A stretch of 64,000 nucleotides of DNA from Candidatus Nealsonbacteria bacterium (GCA_047456305.1 CP179888.1:509307-573306), one strand, 5' to 3'; numbered from the stretch's first letter, positions 1 through 9,284 are shown. A program made the numbers and translations. The notes: generated by a model from the letters alone, not told the origin.

Positions 1-1
1 T

Positions 2-130
2 TTGATTGGAATACCAATCAGAATTGTAGTAAGCGAGAAGACATTAAAAAGAAGCTGTGTTGAAATCAAAAGAAGGAAAGAAGAAAAAATAAAATTAATA
101 AAACTAAATCAGATAATAAATTATGTTTAA
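2..130 (+). CDS. 3' end of a class II aminoacyl-tRNA synthetase gene (ProRS-like), truncated by the window start
   Basis: Frame 2 reads LIGIPIRIVVSEKTLKRSCVEIKRRKEEKIKL...NYV*. The GIPxRIxV..K.L....VE.K.R pattern is typical of the C-terminal anticodon-binding domain. The stop at 128-130 overlaps the mreB ATG. Confidence 0.4.
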   Translation: MIGIPIRIVVSEKTLKRSCVEIKRRKEEKIKLIKLNQIINYV

Positions 131-1175
131 TAAAATTTGGAGGACATTTTTTCAAGATATTGCCATTGATTTAGGAACAGCCAACTCTCTTGTTTATGTC
201 AGAGGTCGGGGGATTGTGATTGCAGAACCTTCGGTAGTAGCTATAAATCGAAAAACTGGTCAAATTTTAGCCATAGGAGAGGAGGCTCGAAAAATGGTTG
301 GCCGAACCCCGGCCCATATTGTAGCTACCAGGCCTTTGGTTTCAGGAGTAATTTCTGATTTCGATGTTACTGAACAAATGCTGAGATATTTTATTGAAAA
401 AGTTCATAAAAGAAAATTTATCCTTAATCCTAGACCTCGAGTAATTATTGGTATCCCTTGCGGGGTAACTGAGGTGGAAAAAAAGGCAGTTGAAGATGCG
501 GCAAAAAATGCTGGAGCAAGAGAAGTCTATTTAATTGAACAACCGATGGCAACTGCCATTGGCGCTCGGCTCCCGGTTCAAGATGCCGGAGGTAACTTTA
601 TTGTTGACATTGGAGGAGGAACAACTGAAGTAGCAGTAATTTCTTTAGGTGGAATAGTTATTGCCAAAAGTCTGAGAACTGCCGGAGATAAACTTAATGA
701 AGACATAATTCAATTTGCCCAAGAAGAATATAAGTTATTAATTGGAGAAAGAACGGCCGAGGAAATTAAAATTAACATTGGTTCTGCCTATCCACTCAAA
801 GAGAAAAAAGAAATGCCTCTTCGGGGAAGAAATTTAGTTACAGGTCTTCCTGAAGAAATTTTAGTCTCTGACGAAGATATTAGAAGGGCTTTAAAAAAAT
901 CGGTCAGCCAAATTATTGCAGCCATAAAAACTACAGCCGAGGAAACTCCTCCAGAACTTCTCGCTGATGTTATGGCAAGAGGTATTTATCTTGCTGGCGG
1001 CGGTAGTCTTTTGCGGGGGTTGGATATCCTGGTTGCAAAAGAGACAAAAATTCCTGCCAAAATCGTTGATGATCCTCTGACAGTGATGGTTAGGGGAGGA
1101 GGGTTGGTTTTAGAGAATCTTGATGAATTGCATGAGGTCTTGGTAGAGACAGAGTATTTAGAACCACCCCACTAA
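123..1175 (+). CDS. mreB: Rod-shape protein MreB (actin-like ATPase)
   Basis: 350 aa with actin-fold motifs IDLGTANSLVY, DIGGGTTEVAVIS and LAGGGSLLRGLD. Confidence 0.9.
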   Translation: MFNKIWRTFFQDIAIDLGTANSLVYVRGRGIVIAEPSVVAINRKTGQILAIGEEARKMVGRTPAHIVATRPLVSGVISDFDVTEQMLRYFIEKVHKRKFILNPRPRVIIGIPCGVTEVEKKAVEDAAKNAGAREVYLIEQPMATAIGARLPVQDAGGNFIVDIGGGTTEVAVISLGGIVIAKSLRTAGDKLNEDIIQFAQEEYKLLIGERTAEEIKINIGSAYPLKEKKEMPLRGRNLVTGLPEEILVSDEDIRRALKKSVSQIIAAIKTTAEETPPELLADVMARGIYLAGGGSLLRGLDILVAKETKIPAKIVDDPLTVMVRGGGLVLENLDELHEVLVETEYLEPPH

Positions 1176-1180
1176 ATAGT

Positions 1181-1231
1181 CAATGAGCTTTGCTCATTTC
1201 CACCTTCGTCTTAATAAATTAAGACTCGGTA
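1181..1231 (+). repeat. GC-rich nested-hairpin mini-element copy (intergenic)
   Basis: aatgagc-ttt-gctcatt hairpin, then tccaccttcg, then gtcttaat/attaagac hairpin, then ctcggta. Same architecture as 12771-12928 and 59400-59453. Confidence 0.6.
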
Positions 1232-1232
1232 T

Positions 1233-1520
1233 ATGATTACTAGAAAAGAAGTAAAACTTGTAGCGAAATTGGCGAGATTAGGTTTAACCGAAAAAGAAAT
1301 TGAAAAGTTTAGCAGGGAGCTTTCTTTGATTTTGAATTATGTGGAAAAATTAAAAGAAGTTAATATTTCAAAAACTCTACCAACCAGCCACTCAATTAAA
1401 ATAGAAAATGTAACGAGAGAAGATAAAAGTTCAAAGTCCAAAGTCCAAAGTTCAAAGTTATTGAAGTTGGCACCCGAGACTAAAAACGGCTATTTAAAAG
1501 TAAAATCTATTTTCAAATAA
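1233..1520 (+). CDS. gatC: Asp/Glu-tRNA amidotransferase subunit C
   Basis: 95 aa. VKLVAKLARLGLTEKEIEKFSRELSLILNYVEKL is the GatC signature region, and the gene sits directly upstream of gatA. Confidence 0.85.
   Translation: MITRKEVKLVAKLARLGLTEKEIEKFSRELSLILNYVEKLKEVNISKTLPTSHSIKIENVTREDKSSKSKVQSSKLLKLAPETKNGYLKVKSIFK
1428..1459 (+). repeat. Heptamer tandem array (Y-CAAAGT x4) inside gatC
   Basis: agt tcaaagt ccaaagt ccaaagt tcaaagt t, encoding SSKSKVQSSK. Confidence 0.8.
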
Positions 1521-1572
1521 AAGTTGGACAAGAGTATACTGTTATGTAGCAGCATACTTTTACACTAAATCT

Positions 1573-3009
1573 GTGGAATTAAAAAATTTAACAATAAAAG
1601 AAGTTCATGATAGTTTATTAAAAAAAGAGTTTTCAGCTTTTGAACTCTGTAAAATTCATTTAGAGAAAATCAAAAAAGAAGACAAAAAATTCCAAGCCTT
1701 TTTAACTGTAAGTAAAGATTTAGCAATTAATCAGGCAAAGGGAATTGACGAGATGATTTCTCAAGGGAGAGAGACCTCAATTCTGGCCGGCATTCCCCTG
1801 GCAGTTAAAGATAATATTTTAGTTGAAAATATTAAATGCACGGCTGGCTCAAAAATTCTGGAAAATTATATTGCTCCTTATGATGCCACTGTCATAAAAA
1901 AACTTAAAGCAAAAGGGGCAGTAATTTTAGGAAAGACAAATATGGATGAATTTGCCATGGGTTCTTCGACTGAAAATTCAGCTTTTGGGCTAACCCGTAA
2001 TCCCCATGATTTAACCCGGGTCCCCGGAGGCTCTTCCGGGGGATCGGCAGCTGCGACCTCTGCCAATCTTTGTTGCTATGCTTTAGGTTCTGATACTGGA
2101 GGCTCTATTCGCTTACCAGCTTCTTTTTGCGGAGTAGTTGGATTAAAACCAACCTATGGAGCAGTTTCTCGTTATGGCTTGATTTCTATGGCTTCTTCTT
2201 TAGACCAGATAGGGCCTATTACTAAAACAGTCAAAGATGCTAAAATAGTTTTTGAGGCTATTCAAGAGAAAGACCCATTAGATTCGACTTCGGTCGAATC
2301 TAAAATTCCAAATTCCAAATTCCAAATTCCAAATTTACGCATTGGCATTCCTAAAGAATATTTTATTAAAGGAATGGATGCTGAGGTGGAGAGAATAATA
2401 AAAGAAGCAATTAAAAAAATTGAAGCTCTGGGAGCAAAAATTGAAGAAATAAGCTTACCTCACACCGAATATGCCCTTGCCACTTATTATTTAGTGATGC
2501 CTTCTGAAGCCTCGGCTAATTTAGCGAGATACGATGGAATAAAATATGGATATTCCCCGGAGGAGGCAGATAGTTTATTAGATGTTTATTTAAAATCAAG
2601 GGAAAAAGGTTTAGGCCCAGAGGTGAGACGCCGAATTATGCTCGGAACCTATGCTTTATCTGCAGGTTTCTATGAAGCTTATTATTTAAGAGCTCAAAAA
2701 GTTCGGACTAAGATTTTAGAAGATTTTAATAAAGCTTTTGAGATGGTTGACCTTATTTTGACCCCCACTTCGCCAGCTCCGGCTTTTAAGATTGGAGAAA
2801 AAATTACTAATCCCTTGACAATGTATCTATCTGATATTTTTACTGTTTCAGTAAATTTAGCTGGATTACCCGCTCTTTCTGTGCCTTGCGGTAAAACTCA
2901 TGGCCTTCCGGTAGGGCTCCAAATCATTGGAAAGGCTTTTGAGGAAAACAAAATTTTAGAGTTTGGAGAAGTTTTTGAAAAATTATGTTCGCTGAATCGG
3001 AATTTCTAA
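1573..3009 (+). CDS. gatA: Asp/Glu-tRNA amidotransferase subunit A (amidase family)
   Basis: 478 aa with a GTG start. Amidase signature GGSSGGSAAA and GSDTGGSIRLPASFCG. Confidence 0.95.
   Translation: MELKNLTIKEVHDSLLKKEFSAFELCKIHLEKIKKEDKKFQAFLTVSKDLAINQAKGIDEMISQGRETSILAGIPLAVKDNILVENIKCTAGSKILENYIAPYDATVIKKLKAKGAVILGKTNMDEFAMGSSTENSAFGLTRNPHDLTRVPGGSSGGSAAATSANLCCYALGSDTGGSIRLPASFCGVVGLKPTYGAVSRYGLISMASSLDQIGPITKTVKDAKIVFEAIQEKDPLDSTSVESKIPNSKFQIPNLRIGIPKEYFIKGMDAEVERIIKEAIKKIEALGAKIEEISLPHTEYALATYYLVMPSEASANLARYDGIKYGYSPEEADSLLDVYLKSREKGLGPEVRRRIMLGTYALSAGFYEAYYLRAQKVRTKILEDFNKAFEMVDLILTPTSPAPAFKIGEKITNPLTMYLSDIFTVSVNLAGLPALSVPCGKTHGLPVGLQIIGKAFEENKILEFGEVFEKLCSLNRNF
2281..2337 (+). repeat. 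Perfect hairpin plus AAATTCC heptamer array inside gatA
   Basis: gattcgac-ttcg-gtcgaatc (2281-2300), then aaattcc x4 plus aaattta (2303-2337), encoding DSTSVESKIPNSKFQIPN. Confidence 0.8.
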
Positions 3010-3563
3010 ATTCCGATTCATCTCACCTACCCAAAATTTTAAAGAAAATTTCAGCTATGTTAGAAGATTTAATTTATTTAAAATTCATTACCCCGGGAAT
3101 TTTGCTTTCCCTAAAAATTATTTTTATAGTTATTTCTTTGTTTTTTCTTGTTATTATTTTTTATTCTCTTAGAAAAAGTAGCTGGCTAAAAAATAGATTT
3201 TTGCAAGATATGGTAGAGATTTTAACTTACCGGCCTTATGGAATAAAAAAAATGGCCAAAATCTGGTCAAAGATTAAGGGAAGATTAGAAACAGGCAGCG
3301 AATCAGAATATAAGCTGGCAGTGATTGAGGCAGATAGTATGTTGAACGACGTCCTGGAAAGATTGGGTTTTAAGGGAGAAATCCTGGGAGATAGGTTAAA
3401 GCAAGTGACTACAGATATCCTTCCGAACATTGAAGAAACCCGGGAGGCTCATAAGGTTCGCAACAATATTGTCTATGACCCGGATTACAAGTTAACCTTA
3501 GACCAGGCTAAAAAAGTATTGAAAATTTATGAACAGGCTCTCCGGGATTTACAGGTATTTTAA
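2985..3563 (+). CDS. Hypothetical membrane protein (one TM helix, soluble C-terminal domain)
   Basis: 192-aa ORF overlapping the gatA end by 25 nt. Hydrophobic segment GILLSLKIIFIVISLFFLVIIFY. No family recognised. Confidence 0.5.
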   Translation: MFAESEFLNSDSSHLPKILKKISAMLEDLIYLKFITPGILLSLKIIFIVISLFFLVIIFYSLRKSSWLKNRFLQDMVEILTYRPYGIKKMAKIWSKIKGRLETGSESEYKLAVIEADSMLNDVLERLGFKGEILGDRLKQVTTDILPNIEETREAHKVRNNIVYDPDYKLTLDQAKKVLKIYEQALRDLQVF

Positions 3564-3603
3564 TTTCGCTTGATTTTCATTAAAAAGTACGATATAATAA
3601 CAT

Positions 3604-3674
3604 CGCGCCGTGGAGGAGTAGTACCTTGCGAGGCCCATAACCTCGAGACGTCCGTGCAATTCGGACCGGCGCAA
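3604..3674 (+). tRNA. Initiator tRNA-fMet (CAT)
   Basis: Cloverleaf: cgcgccg/cggcgca acceptor with a C1xA72 mismatch, A11:T24, and anticodon loop cccataa. The D-loop is agtagta (no GG) and the T-loop is tgcaatt (G55). Confidence 0.8.
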
Positions 3675-3689
3675 CAAGTTTGGAGTTGG

Positions 3690-3762
3690 GCCGGCGTAGC
3701 TCAGTGGTTAGAGCAGTGGAATCATAATCCATGTGTCGGGGGTTCAAGTCCCTCCGCCGGTA
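3690..3762 (+). tRNA. tRNA with CAT anticodon (elongator Met or Ile2)
   Basis: gccggcg acceptor, D-arm gctc-agtggtt-agagc, anticodon loop atcataa, T-arm ggggg-ttcaagt-ccctc. Confidence 0.75.
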
Positions 3763-3768
3763 CAAAAT

Positions 3769-3842
3769 GGGGATGTAGCTCAATTGGCTAGAGCACATGC
3801 TTGTCGAGCATGGGGTTGTGGGTTCGAGTCCCATCGTCCCCG
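3769..3842 (+). tRNA. tRNA-Asp (GTC)
   Basis: ggggatg acceptor, anticodon arm catgc-ttgtcga-gcatg, T-arm gtggg-ttcgagt-cccat. Confidence 0.85.
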
Positions 3843-3850
3843 CAAAAAAA

Positions 3851-3876
3851 ATCGTCTTGAGGGCGATATTTTTTTG
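3851..3876 (+). terminator. Intrinsic terminator after the tRNA cluster
   Basis: atcgtc-ttgag-ggcgat stem-loop followed by a T-run. Confidence 0.5.
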
Positions 3877-3995
3877 CTTTTCTAAATTAAATTGAATTCA
3901 ATTTTTGACCATATTTTAGTAGTAGTTATCCACACATTTTTACTTGAAATCTGTTCGAAATTAAGGTAAAATGAAATAATAAATACGCCACAAAT

Positions 3996-5021
3996 ATGCC
4001 AAAAATTAACCTTAAATTACTCAAAAATCAAATCAAAAAAGCCATCGATTTGGCAAAGGATTTGAAAGAATTGAATGATATTTTTAAAAGATATTTAGGA
4101 AAGCGAGGAGAACTTACCCAGGTTTTGTGTTCTTTAGAAAAGTTGCCAAAGGCAAAAAGAGTTAAAATTGGCAAGGAGGCAAATGAACTTAAAAATTTTC
4201 TGAGAATCAAATGCGACCAAAAAGTACAAGAGATTAAAGAAAAAATTAAAAAAGAGACTGAAGAAAAAGAATGGATTGATATAACTCGACCAGGAAAAAA
4301 GCCAGTTCTGGGGCATTTACATCCTCTATCACAAGTTAAAAGTAAAACCGAAGAAATTTTTCAATTAATGGGTTTTTCTGTGGTTGAGGGTCCGGAGGTT
4401 GAAACTGAATGGTATAATTTTGACGCCTTAAATATTCCCAAAGACCATCCAGCCAGAGACATATGGGACACCTTGTGGCTTAAATCAAATAAACTTCTAT
4501 TAAGGACTCATACCTCGCCAGTTCAGGTCCGCTATATGAAAAAAAATAACCCTCCCTTACGTATTATTGTCCCGGGCCGAGTTTTCCGCCATGAAGCCAC
4601 TGATGCCAGCCACGAAATTAACTTTTATCAAATTGAGGGATTAATGGTTGGTAAAAAAGTCTCAGTAGCCAATTTTAAAGCAATTATCCAGGAATTTTTT
4701 CAGAAATTTTTTGAAAAACCGATTAAAATTCGTTTAAGACCAAGTTTCTTCCCTTTTACTGAACCTTCATTTGAAGTTGATATGACCTGTCTGAATTGTA
4801 AGGGAAAGGGTTGTTCTGCCTGCCAAAAAACTGGCTGGATGGAAATGATGGGAGCTGGGATGGTTCACCCTAATGTTTTTAAAGCAGCCGGGCTTAACCC
4901 AAAAAATTGGCAGGGATTTGCCTTTGGAATGGGTTTAGATAGATTAGCTATGATGAAATACAAAATTAATGACGTAAGATTATTTTACTCCGGCGATTTG
5001 AGATTTTTAAATCAGTTTTAA
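3996..5021 (+). CDS. pheS: Phenylalanine-tRNA ligase alpha subunit
   Basis: 341 aa. Class II motifs HPARDIWDT, LLRTHTSPVQVR, GRVFRHEA and FAFGMGLDRLAM. Confidence 0.95.
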   Translation: MPKINLKLLKNQIKKAIDLAKDLKELNDIFKRYLGKRGELTQVLCSLEKLPKAKRVKIGKEANELKNFLRIKCDQKVQEIKEKIKKETEEKEWIDITRPGKKPVLGHLHPLSQVKSKTEEIFQLMGFSVVEGPEVETEWYNFDALNIPKDHPARDIWDTLWLKSNKLLLRTHTSPVQVRYMKKNNPPLRIIVPGRVFRHEATDASHEINFYQIEGLMVGKKVSVANFKAIIQEFFQKFFEKPIKIRLRPSFFPFTEPSFEVDMTCLNCKGKGCSACQKTGWMEMMGAGMVHPNVFKAAGLNPKNWQGFAFGMGLDRLAMMKYKINDVRLFYSGDLRFLNQF

Positions 5022-5022
5022 T

Positions 5023-7104
5023 ATGATTTTTTCCTATAACTGGTTACAATCATTTTTTAAAAAAAGATTACCTAAGCCAGAAAAATTGGCTGAGCTTTTG
5101 ACTATACATTTTTTTGAAGTAGAAAGTGTAGAAAAAAAAGGTAAAGATTGGGTTTTCGATATCGATGTCTTGCCAAATAGGGCTTCTGATTGCTTTTCTC
5201 ACCTAGGAATAGCCCGCGAGATAGCCGTCATTACAGGTTTAAGTTACGGAGAACCGTTCTCCGCTATTAAAGAAAATAAGGAATTGAAAGCTAAAGACTT
5301 TGTTTCGGTCGAGGTCAAAAATAAACCAGCTTGTCCTCGATATACCGCCAGAGTAATTACCGATGTTAAAGTTGGTTCTTCGCCAAAATGGATAAAAGCG
5401 AAACTAAAAGTCTGTGGTCTTCGACCCCTTAATAACATTGTCGATATTGCAAACTATGTAATGTTGGAAACTGGTCAACCCTTGCACGCTTTTGATGGTC
5501 AAAAGCTTGAGGGTAAAAAAATTGTGGTTAGATTTGCTAAAAAGCGAGAAGGAATTATTACCTTAGACGAAGAAAAATATGATTTGAATGAAGATATTTT
5601 AGTAATCGCTGATGCCAAAAAGCCAGTGGCTATTGCTGGAATTAAAGGAGGAGTGATTCCCGAGATTGATAAATCAACAAAGGTTGTCGTACTGGAATCA
5701 GCCAATTTCAATCAACGGATTATTCGTAAGGGTTCCAGAAAATTAGGCCTGAAAACTGACGCTTCCTTAAGATTTGAACATGGGATTGATCCAAATTTAA
5801 CAGAATTGGCAATTAATAGGGCGGCCAGTTTGATTCAGGAAATTGCCGGTGGCAAAATAACCCAAGGTTTAATTGATTTTTACCCCAAAAAAGTTAGGGC
5901 GGTGGGTGGATGGCGTCCAAAAAGAATTAAATTAGATTTGGATTATGTTGAAAGTTTACTTGGTATAAAAATTCCAGAAAAAGAAATAAAAAACATCCTC
6001 AATAGACTACAATTTAAAATTACCCAGGTTGGATCCGGACAATTGATGATTAAGGTACCTACTTTTAGATTAGATATCTCAATAAGCGAAGATTTGATTG
6101 AAGAAATTGGCAGAGTTCACGGTTTTGATAAAATTAAGGCTATCTTTCCAATTGCTTCTCTGATTCCGCCAAAGAGAAATTTAGATATTTTCTGGAAAGA
6201 CATCACTAAGAATATTTTAAAAGAAGCTGGATTTACTGAAGTTTATAACTATTCTTTTGTTGGAGAGAAAGAAGCTAAGATTTTCAATTATAAAGAGAAG
6301 GAGATAATTGAAGTAGAGAATCCACTGAGCGTGGAACAAAAATATTTACGACCAAGTTTAATTCCTAACCTGCTTAAAAATGTAAAAGAGAATCTTAAAT
6401 ACTTAGATGAAATTAAGATTTTTGAATTAGGGAAAATCTTTAAAAATCTCTGCCGAGTAACAAATAATGAGCAATTAGAAAAAAGAATGTTAACTGGATT
6501 GATTGCCAAAAAAGAAAGCAGAGAAGAAGAATTCTATCGATTAAAAGGAGTGATTGATGCATTACTTAATAAACTTGGGATTTCAAATATCTGGTACGAT
6601 GAATATCAACCGACTCCAGAAGAAAGTAAATTATCAATTTGGCAGCCACAAAAATGTGCTGAAATTAAAGTCAATCATACGGAAATCGGATTTTTAGGAG
6701 AAATTTCTTCTAAAATTTTAGATGAATTAAAGTTAAACTTGAAAATTGTTGTTTTTAATCTAGATTTTAAAAAATTATCTAAATTTGCTTCTGAAGAGAC
6801 AATCTATCAACCAATTTCTCGTTACCCTACAGCAGTTAGAGATTTAGCTATTTTAGTTCCCCAAGGAACTAAAGTGGTAGAGGTTTTAAATAGAATTAAT
6901 GTCACCGGTGGTTCTTTGGTGAGAGATGTTGACCTTTTTGATATTTATGAAGGAGAGGAGTTGCCCGAAGGAAAAAAGAATTTAGCCTTCCATATAGTTT
7001 ATCAGTCAGAGACGAGAACTTTATCTTCAAAAGAAATTGATAAAATTCACCAGAAAATAATTAAGACCTTGGAAGAAAATCCAGGGTGGGAAGTAAGAAA
7101 ATAA
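5023..7104 (+). CDS. pheT: Phenylalanine-tRNA ligase beta subunit
   Basis: 693 aa directly after pheS with B3/4, B5 and FDX-ACB-like regions (PLHAFD, RFEHG, VRDLAILV). Contains a small GC-rich patch at 5896-5918 (gggcggtgggtggatggcgtcc). Confidence 0.95.
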   Translation: MIFSYNWLQSFFKKRLPKPEKLAELLTIHFFEVESVEKKGKDWVFDIDVLPNRASDCFSHLGIAREIAVITGLSYGEPFSAIKENKELKAKDFVSVEVKNKPACPRYTARVITDVKVGSSPKWIKAKLKVCGLRPLNNIVDIANYVMLETGQPLHAFDGQKLEGKKIVVRFAKKREGIITLDEEKYDLNEDILVIADAKKPVAIAGIKGGVIPEIDKSTKVVVLESANFNQRIIRKGSRKLGLKTDASLRFEHGIDPNLTELAINRAASLIQEIAGGKITQGLIDFYPKKVRAVGGWRPKRIKLDLDYVESLLGIKIPEKEIKNILNRLQFKITQVGSGQLMIKVPTFRLDISISEDLIEEIGRVHGFDKIKAIFPIASLIPPKRNLDIFWKDITKNILKEAGFTEVYNYSFVGEKEAKIFNYKEKEIIEVENPLSVEQKYLRPSLIPNLLKNVKENLKYLDEIKIFELGKIFKNLCRVTNNEQLEKRMLTGLIAKKESREEEFYRLKGVIDALLNKLGISNIWYDEYQPTPEESKLSIWQPQKCAEIKVNHTEIGFLGEISSKILDELKLNLKIVVFNLDFKKLSKFASEETIYQPISRYPTAVRDLAILVPQGTKVVEVLNRINVTGGSLVRDVDLFDIYEGEELPEGKKNLAFHIVYQSETRTLSSKEIDKIHQKIIKTLEENPGWEVRK

Positions 7105-7107
7105 AAT

Positions 7108-9126
7108 ATGCCAAGAAAATCCAAAAAAATAAAAAAGCCAACCATAATCAGAAAGACAACCAGAAAAAAAGCAACTTCGGATTATGAAGCAAAAGATATT
7201 TATGTTCTCAAAGGTCTTGAGCCAATCCGCAAAAGGCCGGGAATGTACATTGGCTCAACTGGTCCCGATGGTCTTCATCATTTAATATATGAAACCTGTG
7301 ATAACGCATTAGATGAATTTATGGCCGGATACGGAAATCAGATGGAAGTTATACTTTTACCGAATAATCAAGTTAAGACTATAGATAATGGTCGTGGTAT
7401 CCCGGTAGAAAAACATCCCCAGACGAAAAAATCAGCCTTAGAGACAGTAATGACTACCTTGCATGCCGGAGCAAAATTTGGAGGTAAAGCTTACAAGGTA
7501 GCCGGAGGGCTTCATGGAGTTGGAGTTTCGGTAGTTTGTGCTTTATCTAAATGGATGAAGGTTGAGGTTTGTCGGGGGGGATTAAAATATTCTCAAGAAT
7601 ATTCAAAAGGAAAAGCGAAGACTAAAGTTAAAAAAATCGGCAAGTGCCGGGAGACAGGAACCACGGTTATTTTTGAGCCAGATCCAGAAATTTTTAAGGA
7701 AATAAATTTCGACCTCAAAAAAATTTTAGACCATCTTCGTCAGCAAGCCTATCTAACCAAAGGAATAAAAATAACTGTCTCAGATGAAAGAACAAAACAA
7801 AAGCAAAATTATGCTTTTTATTTTGAAGGAGGCTTAGCTAGTTATGTTAAATACCTGGTTGGAGGAGCGGTTCTCCGTCACTCAAATATTTTCTATTGTT
7901 CAGGCCTAAAAAATGGAATGATTGTGGAAGCTGCTTTTCAATACACCCAAGAGTATGAATGTTATGAAGAAAGTTTTGCCAACAACATCTGGACCCAGGA
8001 AGGCGGTACTCATCTAACAGCTTTCCGAACTGCTTTGACCCGAACTTTTAATGATTATGCCAGGAGATTGGGTTTACTTAAGGAAACCGATGAAAACTTA
8101 TCAGGCAGGGATATAAGAGAAGGTTTTACAGGAGTGATCTCAGTTAAAATAAAAGATCCCCAATTTGAAGGGCAGACCAAGGCGAAATTAGGAAACCCTG
8201 AGGCTAAGGTGGTAGTAGAAGGAGTAGTTTCTGAAGGTTTGACTGATTTTCTGGAAAGGAATCCTGCAGACGCCAGAGCTATCATTGAAAATTGTCTCTT
8301 AGCTCAAAAAGCTAGAGAGGCAGCTAAAGCTGCTCGAGAAACAGTTCTAAGAAGAGGAATTTTGGAAGGTTTAGCCCTACCGGGGAAATTAGCTGATTGC
8401 GCCTCAAAAAAACCTGAAGAATCAGAACTTTACATAGTGGAAGGGGAGTCGGCTGGCGGAAGTGGAAAACAGGGCCGAGATAGAAAATTTCAGGCTATTT
8501 TACCTCTCCGGGGTAAAATATTAAATGTAGAAAGAGCTCGCTTAGACAAAATTTTAGCCTCAAAAGAAATAAAATCTCTAATAATTGCTTTGGGAACAGC
8601 CATTGCCGAAGATTTTAATTTAGAAAAACTAAGATATCATAGGATAATCTTGATGGCCGATAGCGATGTTGATGGCCAACATATTCGGACTCTGCTTTTA
8701 ACTCTTTTTTACCGTTATTTTAAACCAATTATTGAAAAAGGTTATCTTTACATCGCTCAGCCCCCGCTCTATAAAATTCAGGCTGGGAAAAAGATTGAAT
8801 ATGCCTATACTGAAGCTGATAAAGCTGAAATTCTTTCAGAATTCCGCAAAGGCAAAAAACAAAAGAAAAAGGGCAAAAAAGAAGAGACAAAAGAAGAAAA
8901 ATCCACTGGTATAACTATTCAGCGCTACAAGGGTTTGGGAGAAATGAACCCTTCTCAGCTCTGGGAGACAACTATGAACCCAGAAAACCGAATCTTATTA
9001 AAAATCAATATTGAAAACGCCAAACAGGCAGATCGAATTTTTGATACTCTAATGGGAGAAGAGGTTTTACCACGGAAGAAATTTATCCAGACCTATGCGA
9101 AGAAAGTGAAGAATTTAGATATCTAA
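7108..9126 (+). CDS. gyrB: DNA gyrase subunit B (type IIA topoisomerase ATPase)
   Basis: 672 aa. Motifs LEPIRKRPGMYIGS, GLHGVG, EGESAGGS, PLRGKILNVE, DSDVDGQHI and YKGLGEM. Has a K-rich N-terminal tail and an internal KGKKQKKKGKKEETKEEK patch. Confidence 0.9.
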   Translation: MPRKSKKIKKPTIIRKTTRKKATSDYEAKDIYVLKGLEPIRKRPGMYIGSTGPDGLHHLIYETCDNALDEFMAGYGNQMEVILLPNNQVKTIDNGRGIPVEKHPQTKKSALETVMTTLHAGAKFGGKAYKVAGGLHGVGVSVVCALSKWMKVEVCRGGLKYSQEYSKGKAKTKVKKIGKCRETGTTVIFEPDPEIFKEINFDLKKILDHLRQQAYLTKGIKITVSDERTKQKQNYAFYFEGGLASYVKYLVGGAVLRHSNIFYCSGLKNGMIVEAAFQYTQEYECYEESFANNIWTQEGGTHLTAFRTALTRTFNDYARRLGLLKETDENLSGRDIREGFTGVISVKIKDPQFEGQTKAKLGNPEAKVVVEGVVSEGLTDFLERNPADARAIIENCLLAQKAREAAKAARETVLRRGILEGLALPGKLADCASKKPEESELYIVEGESAGGSGKQGRDRKFQAILPLRGKILNVERARLDKILASKEIKSLIIALGTAIAEDFNLEKLRYHRIILMADSDVDGQHIRTLLLTLFYRYFKPIIEKGYLYIAQPPLYKIQAGKKIEYAYTEADKAEILSEFRKGKKQKKKGKKEETKEEKSTGITIQRYKGLGEMNPSQLWETTMNPENRILLKINIENAKQADRIFDTLMGEEVLPRKKFIQTYAKKVKNLDI

Positions 9127-9140
9127 ATTCTTCTACGGGG

Positions 9141-9169
9141 TTGACATATAAATTCTCTTTGGCTATCAT
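9141..9169 (+). promoter_or_regulatory. Sigma70-like promoter upstream of secE
   Basis: TTGACA (9141-9146), 17-nt spacer, TATCAT (9164-9169). Confidence 0.45.
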
Positions 9170-9211
9170 AAAACTTGATGGCCAAGGAGGCCATTTTTAA
9201 AACCCTATGAA

Positions 9212-9266
9212 TTACGAATCAGAACTAATTAGGAATTCCTAATTTGAATAAATTTGTAATTCGTAA
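9212..9266. repeat. AT-rich nested palindrome (ttacgaat ... aattaggaattcctaatt ... attcgtaa)
   Basis: Perfect 18-bp palindrome at 9227-9244, flanked by the inverted words ttacgaat (9212-9219) and attcgtaa (9259-9266). Confidence 0.75.
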
Positions 9267-9284
9267 GGGAAAAGTTTCATAACC

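Noticed and set aside
3570-3834. ORF-track entries 3570..3791 (+) and 3580..3834 (-) as protein-coding genes.
   Set aside because: The interval is fully explained by three clean tRNA cloverleaves (fMet, CAT, Asp). The ORFs are read-through of GC-rich tRNA sequence.
3880-3995. T-box or other aminoacyl-tRNA synthetase leader upstream of pheS (and of thrS).
   Set aside because: The pheS spacer is short and AT-rich and lacks specifier or T-box sequence elements. thrS overlaps dnaE and has no leader at all.
5896-5918. The GC-rich patch in pheT (gggcggtgggtggatggcgtcc) as a further in-frame mobile insert.
   Set aside because: It shares an 11-mer with gatB insert 1 but has no hairpin, and I cannot show an insertion without an alignment. 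It is mentioned only as a possible relative.
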